Shown here piece after piece: positions 18,287 to 26,571 of a stretch of 62,421 nucleotides of DNA. The translations under genes were made by a program, and so were the position numbers. The first letter of the stretch is position 1. Each line of letters opens with the position of its first letter. Source of the stretch: an uncultured Gammaproteobacteria bacterium (GTDB lineage Bacteria; Patescibacteriota; Patescibacteriia; UBA9570; JBBTWU01); the NCBI GenBank assembly GCA_964364425.1, contig CAYIMB010000001.1, positions 72,941 to 135,361 on the forward strand, read 5' to 3'. A model generated the notes under the pieces. It had not been told where the DNA came from and ran no database searches. It worked only from the letters and a program-made list of their open reading frames with translations.

Positions 18287-19903
18287 TTATTCAAGAATGT
18301 CTAGCACGCTGCCTTCAGGCGGTAGCGGGAGGGAAGATTCGGCCGGAAATTTCCTTACTACGGCTGCCCTGGTGTTGGTGTTGATGTATGCCACCACAAT
18401 ACCAAAGGGCGGGTAGTGCAGCTTTTTTCTGAGGGCCAGTTCCATCTCATAAAAAGACGCATAGTCTTGTGATATGGCTGTGGTGATCACCGGGTGAGAG
18501 GGTGACGAGGTTTGCATAGCTACTGGAAGGTTGGTTCTAATGAGACTAGTGAGGAAACTGAGTGTTCGTTCATTTGTTCTGAAATCCGGTATGGCCAGTT
18601 GGTGATCAACTGAAATAACGCCAATTCCTCTGTATTCTTTCCAGGGGATTCTTGGTAAGCCAAAACTGGTGGTCAGGAGTACGTCACCAGAGGGGAGTGG
18701 AGTAGTAGAGTCAGCATCCCAGCGGTTGATGGTGAGGTCTGGCAAGAGTTGTTTGAGCAGCTGTTCTACTTTTTGGTTGCCCATCCCACTGGGTTTTAAT
18801 CTCAGGGAGTGACAGTGTGGACATTCAGCAGTGCCAAGGGGAGAGACTTGTTGGCAATCTAGACAACGCAACCAACGGAATTCTCCTTTTCGGTTGTAGA
18901 CCAGAACAGCTGGTAAGTGCTCTTTTACCCAGGCCAGTAGGCTATCTGTGAGTAACCCGGATTGGCCACTGGTCCACCAGTCTTGTAAATTAATAAGATT
19001 GACCATGGCAGATGGTGGCTGGGAGATATCTATATAGGCAAATTGATAGGCACTGGCCACCCTAGGACTTTGACTGCTTAAGACACATGGAATATGCAGG
19101 CCCTGGGCTAACCAGGCGGCTAATTCCACTGTTTGAAAGCGGGGATTTTGGTCTTGGTGATAACTCGTGTGCTCCTCATCTACCACCAGGATAGCCTCCC
19201 AGTGATCCGGAGGCAGGAAGATAGCTCCTCTGGTTCCAATGATCACTTTAGCTTGTCCGGAACGAACCGCCTGAAAAATGTCACGTTGTTCAGTAATTTT
19301 ATTCCGGCTTGAATAGATCACCGGATGAAGGTGATGGAGATGTTCTTTCCACCACAGCAAGGCTTCCTCATGCGGAACCAAAATCAAGCTTTGTTTGGCT
19401 TGAGTAGATAGGAGTGAGGCTATAGCCGCCAACTCTTGTGTTTGATCATATCTCAGAACTACTGGTTCTTTTTTTGATTGAATACGAGCTACAGTCTTTT
19501 TTAACATTGGAAGCCGTTGCCGGGCAATAGTCGTTTTACCTGCCTCAGCTAACGGTCCCGTAACAACCTGGGATTCTTTTTTATTTTGTCCAACCCCACC
19601 GGCTTGAACCACCGTAAGCAAACAAGTGGAAAGGGGAGCGCCGGTGCGTTTACTCAGGTGGTAGACCAGCTCAATTTGCAGAGGGCTGAGACTGGCTTCC
19701 TCGTTTACAACGCGGAGAATAGATTTGAGTCGTTTTGACTCAGATGACGTTTTTAATTTTACCACCACGCCTAAAATGGTTTGAGATCTGAACGGAATTT
19801 CAACCGTCATCCCTGGTTCTATTTGTCCTTGGGTCGGAACCAAATAATCCAAGATTTCTAGTTTACGAATTCCTCTGAGCCTTGGAATGACTTCGGCGAT
19901 CAT
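18287..19903 (-). CDS. priA: PriA-like primosomal protein N' with degenerate helicase motifs
   Basis: N-terminal 3'-DNA-binding-like region (IAEVIPRLRGIRKLEILDYLVP...VEIPFRSQTILGVVV), DEEH box (ILVVDEEHTSYHQDQNPRF) and one CxxC..CxxC knuckle. Conserved priA-def-fmt order. ATG at 19903; the track opens at TTG 19942. Confidence 0.8.
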   Translation of the reverse strand: MIAEVIPRLRGIRKLEILDYLVPTQGQIEPGMTVEIPFRSQTILGVVVKLKTSSESKRLKSILRVVNEEASLSPLQIELVYHLSKRTGAPLSTCLLTVVQAGGVGQNKKESQVVTGPLAEAGKTTIARQRLPMLKKTVARIQSKKEPVVLRYDQTQELAAIASLLSTQAKQSLILVPHEEALLWWKEHLHHLHPVIYSSRNKITEQRDIFQAVRSGQAKVIIGTRGAIFLPPDHWEAILVVDEEHTSYHQDQNPRFQTVELAAWLAQGLHIPCVLSSQSPRVASAYQFAYIDISQPPSAMVNLINLQDWWTSGQSGLLTDSLLAWVKEHLPAVLVYNRKGEFRWLRCLDCQQVSPLGTAECPHCHSLRLKPSGMGNQKVEQLLKQLLPDLTINRWDADSTTPLPSGDVLLTTSFGLPRIPWKEYRGIGVISVDHQLAIPDFRTNERTLSFLTSLIRTNLPVAMQTSSPSHPVITTAISQDYASFYEMELALRKKLHYPPFGIVVAYINTNTRAAVVRKFPAESSLPLPPEGSVLDILE

Positions 19904-20468
19904 GATGAGGTTTGATCTGTAACTTAGGTAAAATGGTCGCAACTAGCACTGCCCCAAACAGGTCCCACAATAAATCATTTCCGGTGTCTGGTCCGTCTCC
20001 AAGTCGATTTGAAGCGGAAATGACGTCCTCTAAGTATTCAGCCAACTCGTATACCACTCCAATCAGCACACCGGCGGCCACCAAGAATAAGAAACGAGCC
20101 TTAACACTTATGCGGTCAGCTTTCCACAGAGGAAAAAATACCGCTCCAATCCAGACGGTAGTGGCCATAGAACCAACGGCATGGGCCACTTGGTCCCACC
20201 AGAAGAATTTGTCGTACATGCCTAGGATATCTCCGCCGGCATCAAAGTAAACTGCCAAAATGACCGGAATCACTACCCACCAAGGAAAACTTTGTTTTTT
20301 TGATCTAAAGTGGGTATGTGAAACTTCCAAAGCCACCCACACCGGAACTGAGGTCACCACTAAGCCCCACCAGGTGAAGGTTAAGGGTTGATGAAGCATG
20401 CCCAGGGCGTTCAACAGCTCGTAGGTGACCAGCGGGGCAAGACAAATCCGTGCTATCCAAATCCACAT
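19863..20468 (-). CDS. hypothetical polytopic membrane protein
   Basis: 201 aa with about 5-6 TMs. Its 3' end overlaps the priA start by 41 nt, and it has a 1-nt overlap with the upstream gene. Confidence 0.6.
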   Translation of the reverse strand: MWIWIARICLAPLVTYELLNALGMLHQPLTFTWWGLVVTSVPVWVALEVSHTHFRSKKQSFPWWVVIPVILAVYFDAGGDILGMYDKFFWWDQVAHAVGSMATTVWIGAVFFPLWKADRISVKARFLFLVAAGVLIGVVYELAEYLEDVISASNRLGDGPDTGNDLLWDLFGAVLVATILPKLQIKPHHDRRSHSKAQRNS

Positions 20469-21259
20469 TACTGTACTACATATTCAGAGACTAAATGACC
20501 AACACCAAAAGGCGCTTGGTAGGACAAAATTTTGGATTCCACGTTCAGGTCACTCAGCATGCCAAAGACCATAGCAAACACCCGCAGTCCACATTCTCCG
20601 GAGGCCTCGCTGACTTGGGGGTTGATGCTGATAATTTCTGAAAATCGTTTTTCACGAATCAATTTTTGAATCACTGAATCAAACGACTGGCTGTCTGCGG
20701 CAAAGCCGTACGGGGATGATGGGTTTTTGTGTCCCAAATCAGCTGAACCAATCACGGCAATTCGTTTATTGGATTCTTGCAGGGAAAGGCGGATTGCTTT
20801 ACCCATATTCCAGTGATCTTGCAGAGGCAAACTGGAAATGCCCATGGACGCTACTTTAATGTTAGGCAGATGATTGCTTAACAGAGCCAGCGGAACAGAT
20901 GTGCCGTAGTCCATTTCTTCAATCGAGATGGTATTCAGAGGTAAATGACTTTTGTGCAAAGAGTATCTGAGGTGGCTGATTTGTTCTATGTCAGTAGCCA
21001 CAGAAAAGGTTGTTGTGTTGTCCCCAAAATCAGAGAAGTCAGCTCTCAGCTGAGGTGCCCCATTTAAGGGAAAGTACCCCACACCAATTTCCAAGTGAGG
21101 AGAAATAATGAACAACATGTCCGGTTTCATCATATAGAGTTCACCCTCCAATTCTTTCATGGCTTGAAGAGTTGGCTCAAGCTCTTTGGCATACTTCCCA
21201 CCAATACTGGGTAAGAGCAGGGGAGCGTGTGGGGTGGTGGCGGTAAAAACGAGTGACAT
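20468..21259 (-). CDS. LigB/MEMO-superfamily (class III extradiol dioxygenase subunit B-like) protein
   Basis: ATG 21259 gives MSLVFTATTPHAPLLLP...FIISPH...MDYGTSVPL...GSADLGH, which resembles the LigB fold. TAATG overlap with the upstream gene. Confidence 0.6.
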   Translation of the reverse strand: MSLVFTATTPHAPLLLPSIGGKYAKELEPTLQAMKELEGELYMMKPDMLFIISPHLEIGVGYFPLNGAPQLRADFSDFGDNTTTFSVATDIEQISHLRYSLHKSHLPLNTISIEEMDYGTSVPLALLSNHLPNIKVASMGISSLPLQDHWNMGKAIRLSLQESNKRIAVIGSADLGHKNPSSPYGFAADSQSFDSVIQKLIREKRFSEIISINPQVSEASGECGLRVFAMVFGMLSDLNVESKILSYQAPFGVGHLVSEYVVQ

Positions 21260-22695
21260 TATTGTGCGCTTATAGGTGTTCCGGTTGGATGAAGCATTAA
21301 TACGGCTGAGGTGGTGGTTCTGATCAGTTCCCATTTGTACCCCAAGGAGTCAAAGTCTGTCTTGCTTTTAAACGCACGTTTTTTTCCGTTGGCTATCACG
21401 TAGACTGAAGAGTTTCCTTTGGCGGTGACTAGGGTACCGTCCGGAAATATCAGCGGAGTTCCGGCCGTGTATTCTGTAATTTCTTCAGTGGTGGCGGGAA
21501 TAGCCGACTGGTTGCCAAAGCGGGCGAGTAGTATTTGTTTGTCCCAAATATCATGTCTGACTCCTTGGCTGTCCACGTATGAAATGGCACCGCTGTCCAT
21601 ATTTTGCAGCAAGACGCCGGTTGGGTTGGAGTCTTTCAGGGTCAGTGGTTTGCCCACGGGCCAGCCAGTGATGTCCTTGGCTTTGACTTGGATCACTTCT
21701 TCAGGGTTGTATCCAAAGTATTTAAACACCCGTTTGGAAGAGAATGGTCGGACCGTTCCGTCTACCACCAGGTAAATGGTTCCGTCTGGGATGGCCACTA
21801 AGGAGTGGTTGGGAAATGAGATATTTCCGCCTTTTTCATACTGCTCTAAGACCACGGTGGAGACTTGAATGACTTGGTCCATGGAGTAGCTAGACAGCAA
21901 GGTAGCTTTGTTTTCAAACAAGAATTTTTTACCATCTCTGATTAAGTAAATGGCCCCGGTGGCTCCGTCTTGAAGCAGGCTCCCATTTGGATATTTTATG
22001 CTGGCGAACCAAGAATAATATAGTTTGGCAAATAAACTGTTGCAGCCGTATCTAGAATCACCTCCGCCGTATGCTCCGACGCAAGGGTTATAGGTGTATA
22101 AAGCGGCGGTGGCGTTGTTAACTGGTGTAACCTCAATTCCATCAATGGTGGTTTTAGGAATCCCTGGGCCCCAACCGGAGATGGTGGACCCATGGTCTTC
22201 TAAGTCGGCTAAATAGCTATTGGCTATACGGTCCCCCGCGGCGTCAAATTGCTTGGCTAGCCCAGCGTATTTGGCTACATTTGGGTCATCTTTGCTGCAG
22301 CCATCACATACGGCATAGCCTAACGTCCAGTCAGTAATATAGGAATTTAGTGATGTCCCAGTAATGGCTGAGCTTTCTTTTTCCGCCATCACTAACAACA
22401 CTTTAGGGTTGAGGTCATACGCCTGAGCGGTGTCGTAAATGATTTCCGCCGCTGAAGCAGTTTCCCCAGACACATCTGTAGTGATGTAGTCTTTGAGTAC
22501 GCCACCCTTTTCAATCAAGAAATTTTGAATTCCCTTCAGAGATAAAGAGTCGGAATCTCTGAATTCATGGTCAGTCAGAATGAAGTTTTTCTGATAGGTG
22601 AAGGCAAGAGCTGAATCTGTAACCACAGACCAGGCCATGAGTCCAAAACCCACACATAAAATAGTCGTTTTTGTTTTACGCCAAGTCTGTTTCAT
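21259..22695 (-). CDS. secreted protein: muramidase/glucosaminidase-like N-domain plus C-terminal beta-repeats
   Basis: 478 aa with a signal-like N-terminus. AAEIIYDTAQAYDLNPKVLLVMAEKESS resembles cell-wall hydrolase domains. Four repeats of the type G(A/T)IYL(I/V)xDGKK(R)xF. Confidence 0.55.
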   Translation of the reverse strand: MKQTWRKTKTTILCVGFGLMAWSVVTDSALAFTYQKNFILTDHEFRDSDSLSLKGIQNFLIEKGGVLKDYITTDVSGETASAAEIIYDTAQAYDLNPKVLLVMAEKESSAITGTSLNSYITDWTLGYAVCDGCSKDDPNVAKYAGLAKQFDAAGDRIANSYLADLEDHGSTISGWGPGIPKTTIDGIEVTPVNNATAALYTYNPCVGAYGGGDSRYGCNSLFAKLYYSWFASIKYPNGSLLQDGATGAIYLIRDGKKFLFENKATLLSSYSMDQVIQVSTVVLEQYEKGGNISFPNHSLVAIPDGTIYLVVDGTVRPFSSKRVFKYFGYNPEEVIQVKAKDITGWPVGKPLTLKDSNPTGVLLQNMDSGAISYVDSQGVRHDIWDKQILLARFGNQSAIPATTEEITEYTAGTPLIFPDGTLVTAKGNSSVYVIANGKKRAFKSKTDFDSLGYKWELIRTTTSAVLMLHPTGTPISAQ

Positions 22696-22700
22696 ATGTG

Positions 22701-22730
22701 TTGTTATTCTACAACAAATTATGTTAAATT
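22701..22730 (+). promoter_or_regulatory. promoter for the tagA-like gene (candidate leaderless)
   Basis: TTGTTA-18 nt-(TGt)TAAATT-8 nt-ATG 22739. Confidence 0.4.
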
Positions 22731-22734
22731 ACAA
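22706..22734 (-). promoter_or_regulatory. divergent promoter for the secreted-protein gene
   Basis: Minus strand reads TTGTAA-17 nt-TAGAAT-10 nt-ATG 22695. It interdigitates with the plus-strand promoter. Confidence 0.4.
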
Positions 22735-22738
22735 CCAC

Positions 22739-23458
22739 ATGAAGTTAATCAATTTTCTGAACCTTCCCGTTGTTTCCCTGACTCCTCAAGAGCTGCCTGG
22801 GCAGCTACACCAGTGGATGGAGCAGGGGACCTGGTTAGTGACCCTGAATGCTGAAATGATGCTCAGAGCCCACCGGGATCCAGCGTATGCTCAACTCCTA
22901 CGCCAGGCAGATGTGTTGTTGCCTGACGGGTTTGGCTTGATGCTCTGGTCACGTGGTCTGATTTCAGATCGATTTCCAGGCGTTGAATTATCCGAGTCTG
23001 TACTGACTCACGCCCAAGCTGAACAAAAAAAAATTACCTGTCTAGTGGCCAAAAACGGACTGTCTTCCGTCCAACAAGTACAACAAGCCATACTCACTCG
23101 CTGGCCCAAGCTCCAGCTCACTTGTCTAGAGGTTGATCCAGCGCAGGCGCCCTACGCCATACCGCCCAGTGACGTGGTGTTGGTGAATTTTGGTGTGCCA
23201 CGTCAGGACGAATGGCTCAGTTGGTTGAAGGAACAGTCCTTATTCAAGTTGGGTATAGGCGTAGGTGGGACTTTTGATTATTGGACAACGCACGCGAAGC
23301 GTGCGCCTCTTTTTCTCCGTCGTTTAGGGTTGGAGTCACTTTGGCGCCTCGTACGTCAGCCAAAACGCATTGTCCGCATTTGGAACGCTGTAGCGGTCTT
23401 TTCTTGGGTGGCGTTGTGGAATAAACCCCAAGTTGCTTCTCCTACTCAAGATTGGTAG
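22739..23458 (+). CDS. WecB/TagA/CpsF-family (GT26) glycosyltransferase
   Basis: MKLINFLNLPVVSL...LLPDGFGL...VNFGVPRQDEWL...GVGGTFDYWTTHAKRAPLFLRRLGLESLWRLVRQPKR. An alternative ATG exists at 22721. Confidence 0.85.
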   Translation: MKLINFLNLPVVSLTPQELPGQLHQWMEQGTWLVTLNAEMMLRAHRDPAYAQLLRQADVLLPDGFGLMLWSRGLISDRFPGVELSESVLTHAQAEQKKITCLVAKNGLSSVQQVQQAILTRWPKLQLTCLEVDPAQAPYAIPPSDVVLVNFGVPRQDEWLSWLKEQSLFKLGIGVGGTFDYWTTHAKRAPLFLRRLGLESLWRLVRQPKRIVRIWNAVAVFSWVALWNKPQVASPTQDW

Positions 23459-23461
23459 AGT
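23433..23461 (+). promoter_or_regulatory. promoter for gltX inside the 3' end of the tagA-like gene (candidate leaderless)
   Basis: TTGCTT-17 nt-TAGAGT-6 nt-ATG 23468. Confidence 0.4.
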
Positions 23462-23467
23462 GCAGCT

Positions 23468-24928
23468 ATGGCTACACAAAAACGTGTCCGAACTCGTTTT
23501 GCTCCCAGCCCCACCGGCTTGTTACATATTGGAGGGGCACGCACCGCCTTATATGCTTGGTTGGTGGCCAAACACTTCGCTGGAGACTTTTTATTACGCC
23601 TTGAAGACACAGATCAAGCTCGCTACTCACCAGAAGGACTCAAAAGTATTTTTGATGGATTGGATTGGTTGGGGTTAAAACGAGATGAGGATCCAGTTAT
23701 TGGTGGTCCGCATGCTCCATACATCCAAAGTGAACGCAAGGACATGTATCATGCCGCAGCTAAAGTGCTCATAAACAAAGGACATGCCTACCGCTGTTTT
23801 TGTACGTCTGAACGGTTAGAATTCATGCGCAAAGAGCAACAGGTACAACATCTTCCACCTAAATATGACCGGACCTGTTTGAAACTTGCGCCAGAAGAAT
23901 CAGACAAGCGTGCTGCCGCAGGTGAGGCCAATGTCATCCGCATGCGGATTCCAGATGAGGGGGCAGTAGTGTGTCAGGATATCATTCGCGGAAAAATCGA
24001 ATTCAAAATGGGTGATTTGGATGACACGGTGCTGATGAAATCAGATGGCATGCCAACTTATCATTTGGCTATGGCGGTGGATGATCATGAGATGGAAATT
24101 TCTCATGTCATCAGGGGAGAGGAATGGTTGCCGTCACTCCCTAAACATGTGTTGTTGTATCAGTTTTTTGGTTGGGACGCGCCTGAATTTGCGCATTTGT
24201 CTTTGTTTTTGAATCCGGGTGGCGGCAAGTTGAGCAAGCGTAAGGGTTCGGTGAGTTTGCAATCGTTTATTAAAGCAGGATATTTGCGTGAGGCGTTGAT
24301 CAACTTCATGGTGCTGTTGGGCTGGAATCCAAAATCAGAACGTGAATTTTTTTCTTTAGACGATTTAATTCAGTTGTTTGACCTAGCCAACGTGAACAAA
24401 GCCGGTGCGGTATTTGAGACTGAGAAGTTGGATTGGTTTAACGGTCAGTACATTCGCCGTAAAAGTCCAGAAGAGGTGTTGGAGTTATGCCGGCCATGGT
24501 TACCTGGTGACCAGGAGGATGCCTTGTTGCTGAAGATTGTGACTATTGAGCAAGGTCGCTTGGTGAAATTGAGTGATATTCAGACTTCAGTGGTTATGTT
24601 TACAGAAACTCAGGTGAATTATGATCCAAAATTGTTGATCTGGAAAAAAATGACGCCACCGGTAGTGGTGGATAGGCTGAAGTGGCTGATCCAACATGTG
24701 AGTGAGATGAATGAAGCTGACTGGACGGTTCAAGCCATTGAGACCAGCTTAAAAGAACATATTGCAGCTGATGGATTAGCTACGGGTGAGGTGTTATGGC
24801 CTTTGCGTGTAGCCCTCAGCGGACGGCAAAACTCACCTTCACCTTTTGAGTTGGCTTGGGTGTTAGGCCAGGAGAAAACACTCTCCCGTTTGCAAGCTGC
24901 GCAGGGATTGATCCAACCCCTGGTCTAG
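23468..24928 (+). CDS. gltX: glutamyl-tRNA synthetase
   Basis: 486 aa with RTRFAPSPTGLLHIGGARTALYAW (HIGH) and GGKLSKRKG (KMSKS). Confidence 0.95.
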   Translation: MATQKRVRTRFAPSPTGLLHIGGARTALYAWLVAKHFAGDFLLRLEDTDQARYSPEGLKSIFDGLDWLGLKRDEDPVIGGPHAPYIQSERKDMYHAAAKVLINKGHAYRCFCTSERLEFMRKEQQVQHLPPKYDRTCLKLAPEESDKRAAAGEANVIRMRIPDEGAVVCQDIIRGKIEFKMGDLDDTVLMKSDGMPTYHLAMAVDDHEMEISHVIRGEEWLPSLPKHVLLYQFFGWDAPEFAHLSLFLNPGGGKLSKRKGSVSLQSFIKAGYLREALINFMVLLGWNPKSEREFFSLDDLIQLFDLANVNKAGAVFETEKLDWFNGQYIRRKSPEEVLELCRPWLPGDQEDALLLKIVTIEQGRLVKLSDIQTSVVMFTETQVNYDPKLLIWKKMTPPVVVDRLKWLIQHVSEMNEADWTVQAIETSLKEHIAADGLATGEVLWPLRVALSGRQNSPSPFELAWVLGQEKTLSRLQAAQGLIQPLV

Positions 24929-24937
24929 TGGTATACT
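24908..24937 (+). promoter_or_regulatory. promoter for the M23 peptidase gene (candidate leaderless)
   Basis: TTGATC-18 nt-(TGg)TATACT-6 nt-ATG 24944. Confidence 0.45.
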
Positions 24938-24943
24938 AGCAGT

Positions 24944-26239
24944 ATGAAGCGAATATTTGGAGGAATAGGAGCGGTATTTGGGTTATTTGCCTTCCTTTTT
25001 TTGTTTACCGGGTTGGCTTTTGCCGTGTCTGAAGATGAAATTCAAAATTTGATAGAACAAAACCGGGATATTCAGACCTTAAACAAGCAAATTCAGGAGA
25101 AGTCCAGCGCCATTAGTGAGATAGACCAAAAAATAGATGTGTATCAAGAGGCTATAGAGCGGAAACAATCTGAAGCCTTTAATTTGGAAAATCAGATTGC
25201 GGTGATTGAGAATGACATAGAGAAAACTGATAAAGAAATTGATAAAACTCAGTTGGAATTAGATCGATTGAATCTGGAATTGCAAGGTTTAGATCTCAAA
25301 ATTGACCGGACCAACAGTGACGTGGCAGTGACCAAAAGTAGAGTAGGGGATACCTTGCGTCTGCTGTACCAATCAGAACAAAAAAGTCCAATTGAGATTA
25401 CGTTTAGCGTAAACACGTTATCTGAATTTTTTTCCCAGTTAACGTATCAAAAAACCTTACAAACTAGCTTGCAACAAGATTTAGATCAGTTAGAACAATT
25501 AGGTAGTCAGTTGGAACAAGAAAAAGGGGAGGCGACTATCAAGCGCAAGGAAGTTTCTCAAGCAGAACAACAACTTGAAGCACAGCAACAGTCACTTGAA
25601 GGGGAGCGGGTATATAAAGATGAATTGTTGGAAAAAACTGAAGCAGATGAAGAAAAATTTCAACAACTGGTGCAAGAAGCGCGGCAAGAACAGACCAGGG
25701 TAGATGCGGAGATTAATTCGTTGGAATCCAAAGTCCAAACTCAAATAGAAGAGTTACGCAAACAAGCAGAAGAAAAGCGTGACAATGGGGAAGAACTCAC
25801 TGAAGAAGAGGAAGAGTTATTAGTGGGTGATGTCGTCTTTTCTTGGCCCATAGATTCACGTGATATTTCTTGCGGATTTCACTGTAGTGGCTACCCCTTT
25901 GCTAAATGGTTTCAACATTCAGGGATTGATATTCGGACTCCTCAGGGCACTCCGGTGAAGGCTGCTGCCTCTGGGTATGTGGGGATTGCTAAGTCTGACG
26001 GTACTCCGGCCTTGGCTTATGTCACCATAGAGCATAATGGGACGTATGCGACCGTGTATATGCATTTAAGTGGTGTAAACGTCTCCCCAGGGCAGTTTGT
26101 GCATAGGGGAGAGGTGATAGGCTATTCAGGGGGGCTTCCAGGTACGCCTGGAGCAGGGGCCTATTCCACCGGGGCTCACTTACATTTTGAGGTTCGGGTA
26201 GACGGGATTCCACAAGATCCGTTACCGTTCTTGCCGTAA
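24944..26239 (+). CDS. M23 (LytM) peptidase with a long N-terminal coiled coil (EnvC-like architecture, catalytic residues intact)
   Basis: 431 aa with a signal/TM, a ~250-aa heptad-rich region, then FQHSGIDI (HxxxD) and GAHLHFEV (HxH). Confidence 0.9.
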   Translation: MKRIFGGIGAVFGLFAFLFLFTGLAFAVSEDEIQNLIEQNRDIQTLNKQIQEKSSAISEIDQKIDVYQEAIERKQSEAFNLENQIAVIENDIEKTDKEIDKTQLELDRLNLELQGLDLKIDRTNSDVAVTKSRVGDTLRLLYQSEQKSPIEITFSVNTLSEFFSQLTYQKTLQTSLQQDLDQLEQLGSQLEQEKGEATIKRKEVSQAEQQLEAQQQSLEGERVYKDELLEKTEADEEKFQQLVQEARQEQTRVDAEINSLESKVQTQIEELRKQAEEKRDNGEELTEEEEELLVGDVVFSWPIDSRDISCGFHCSGYPFAKWFQHSGIDIRTPQGTPVKAAASGYVGIAKSDGTPALAYVTIEHNGTYATVYMHLSGVNVSPGQFVHRGEVIGYSGGLPGTPGAGAYSTGAHLHFEVRVDGIPQDPLPFLP

Positions 26240-26255
26240 AGTAAATCGATATGAA
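26240..26255. repeat. palindromic-motif copy and left 12-bp direct repeat (GTAAATCGATAT, 26241-26252)
   Basis: AGTAAATCGATATGAA begins 1 nt after the M23 stop codon. The 12-mer recurs exactly at 27155-27166. Confidence 0.7.
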
Positions 26256-26356
26256 ATTTAAGGGTGAACTAATAAGACCTTTAGGGTTGGAATAGTAATT
26301 TTTCGTACAAGTTTTTTATGACAAAAAAGCCTAGTAAACCAGGCATATTTTCTATG

Positions 26357-26384
26357 TTGATTTTTTATGAATTTCCTGTATAGT
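26357..26384 (+). promoter_or_regulatory. promoter for the small basic ORF
   Basis: TTGATT-16 nt-TATAGT-9 nt-ATG 26394. Confidence 0.4.
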
Positions 26385-26393
26385 AAGAAGCAT

Positions 26394-26561
26394 ATGAGAG
26401 GCGTCAAACAATTTTTTAAGAGATCCTTTTTGAATAAAAGACGGCAAAATTTGAATTATGCTTCTCTTTCTGCTGAACAGAAAAAAGAAAAAATGAAGAA
26501 AGAGGCAAAAAAGTTTTTAGAAGAGTACGCAGACGTAATGAACTCTTTAGCTAGTAAGTAA
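26394..26561 (+). CDS. small, very basic protein in antitoxin position upstream of the Doc-like gene (hypothetical)
   Basis: 55 aa from ATG 26394 (MRGVKQFFKRSFLNKRRQ...EEYADVMNSLASK). The track ORF opens at 26367. Ends 10 nt before the Doc-like ORF. Confidence 0.35.
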   Translation: MRGVKQFFKRSFLNKRRQNLNYASLSAEQKKEKMKKEAKKFLEEYADVMNSLASK

Positions 26562-26571
26562 GTATAGAAAA

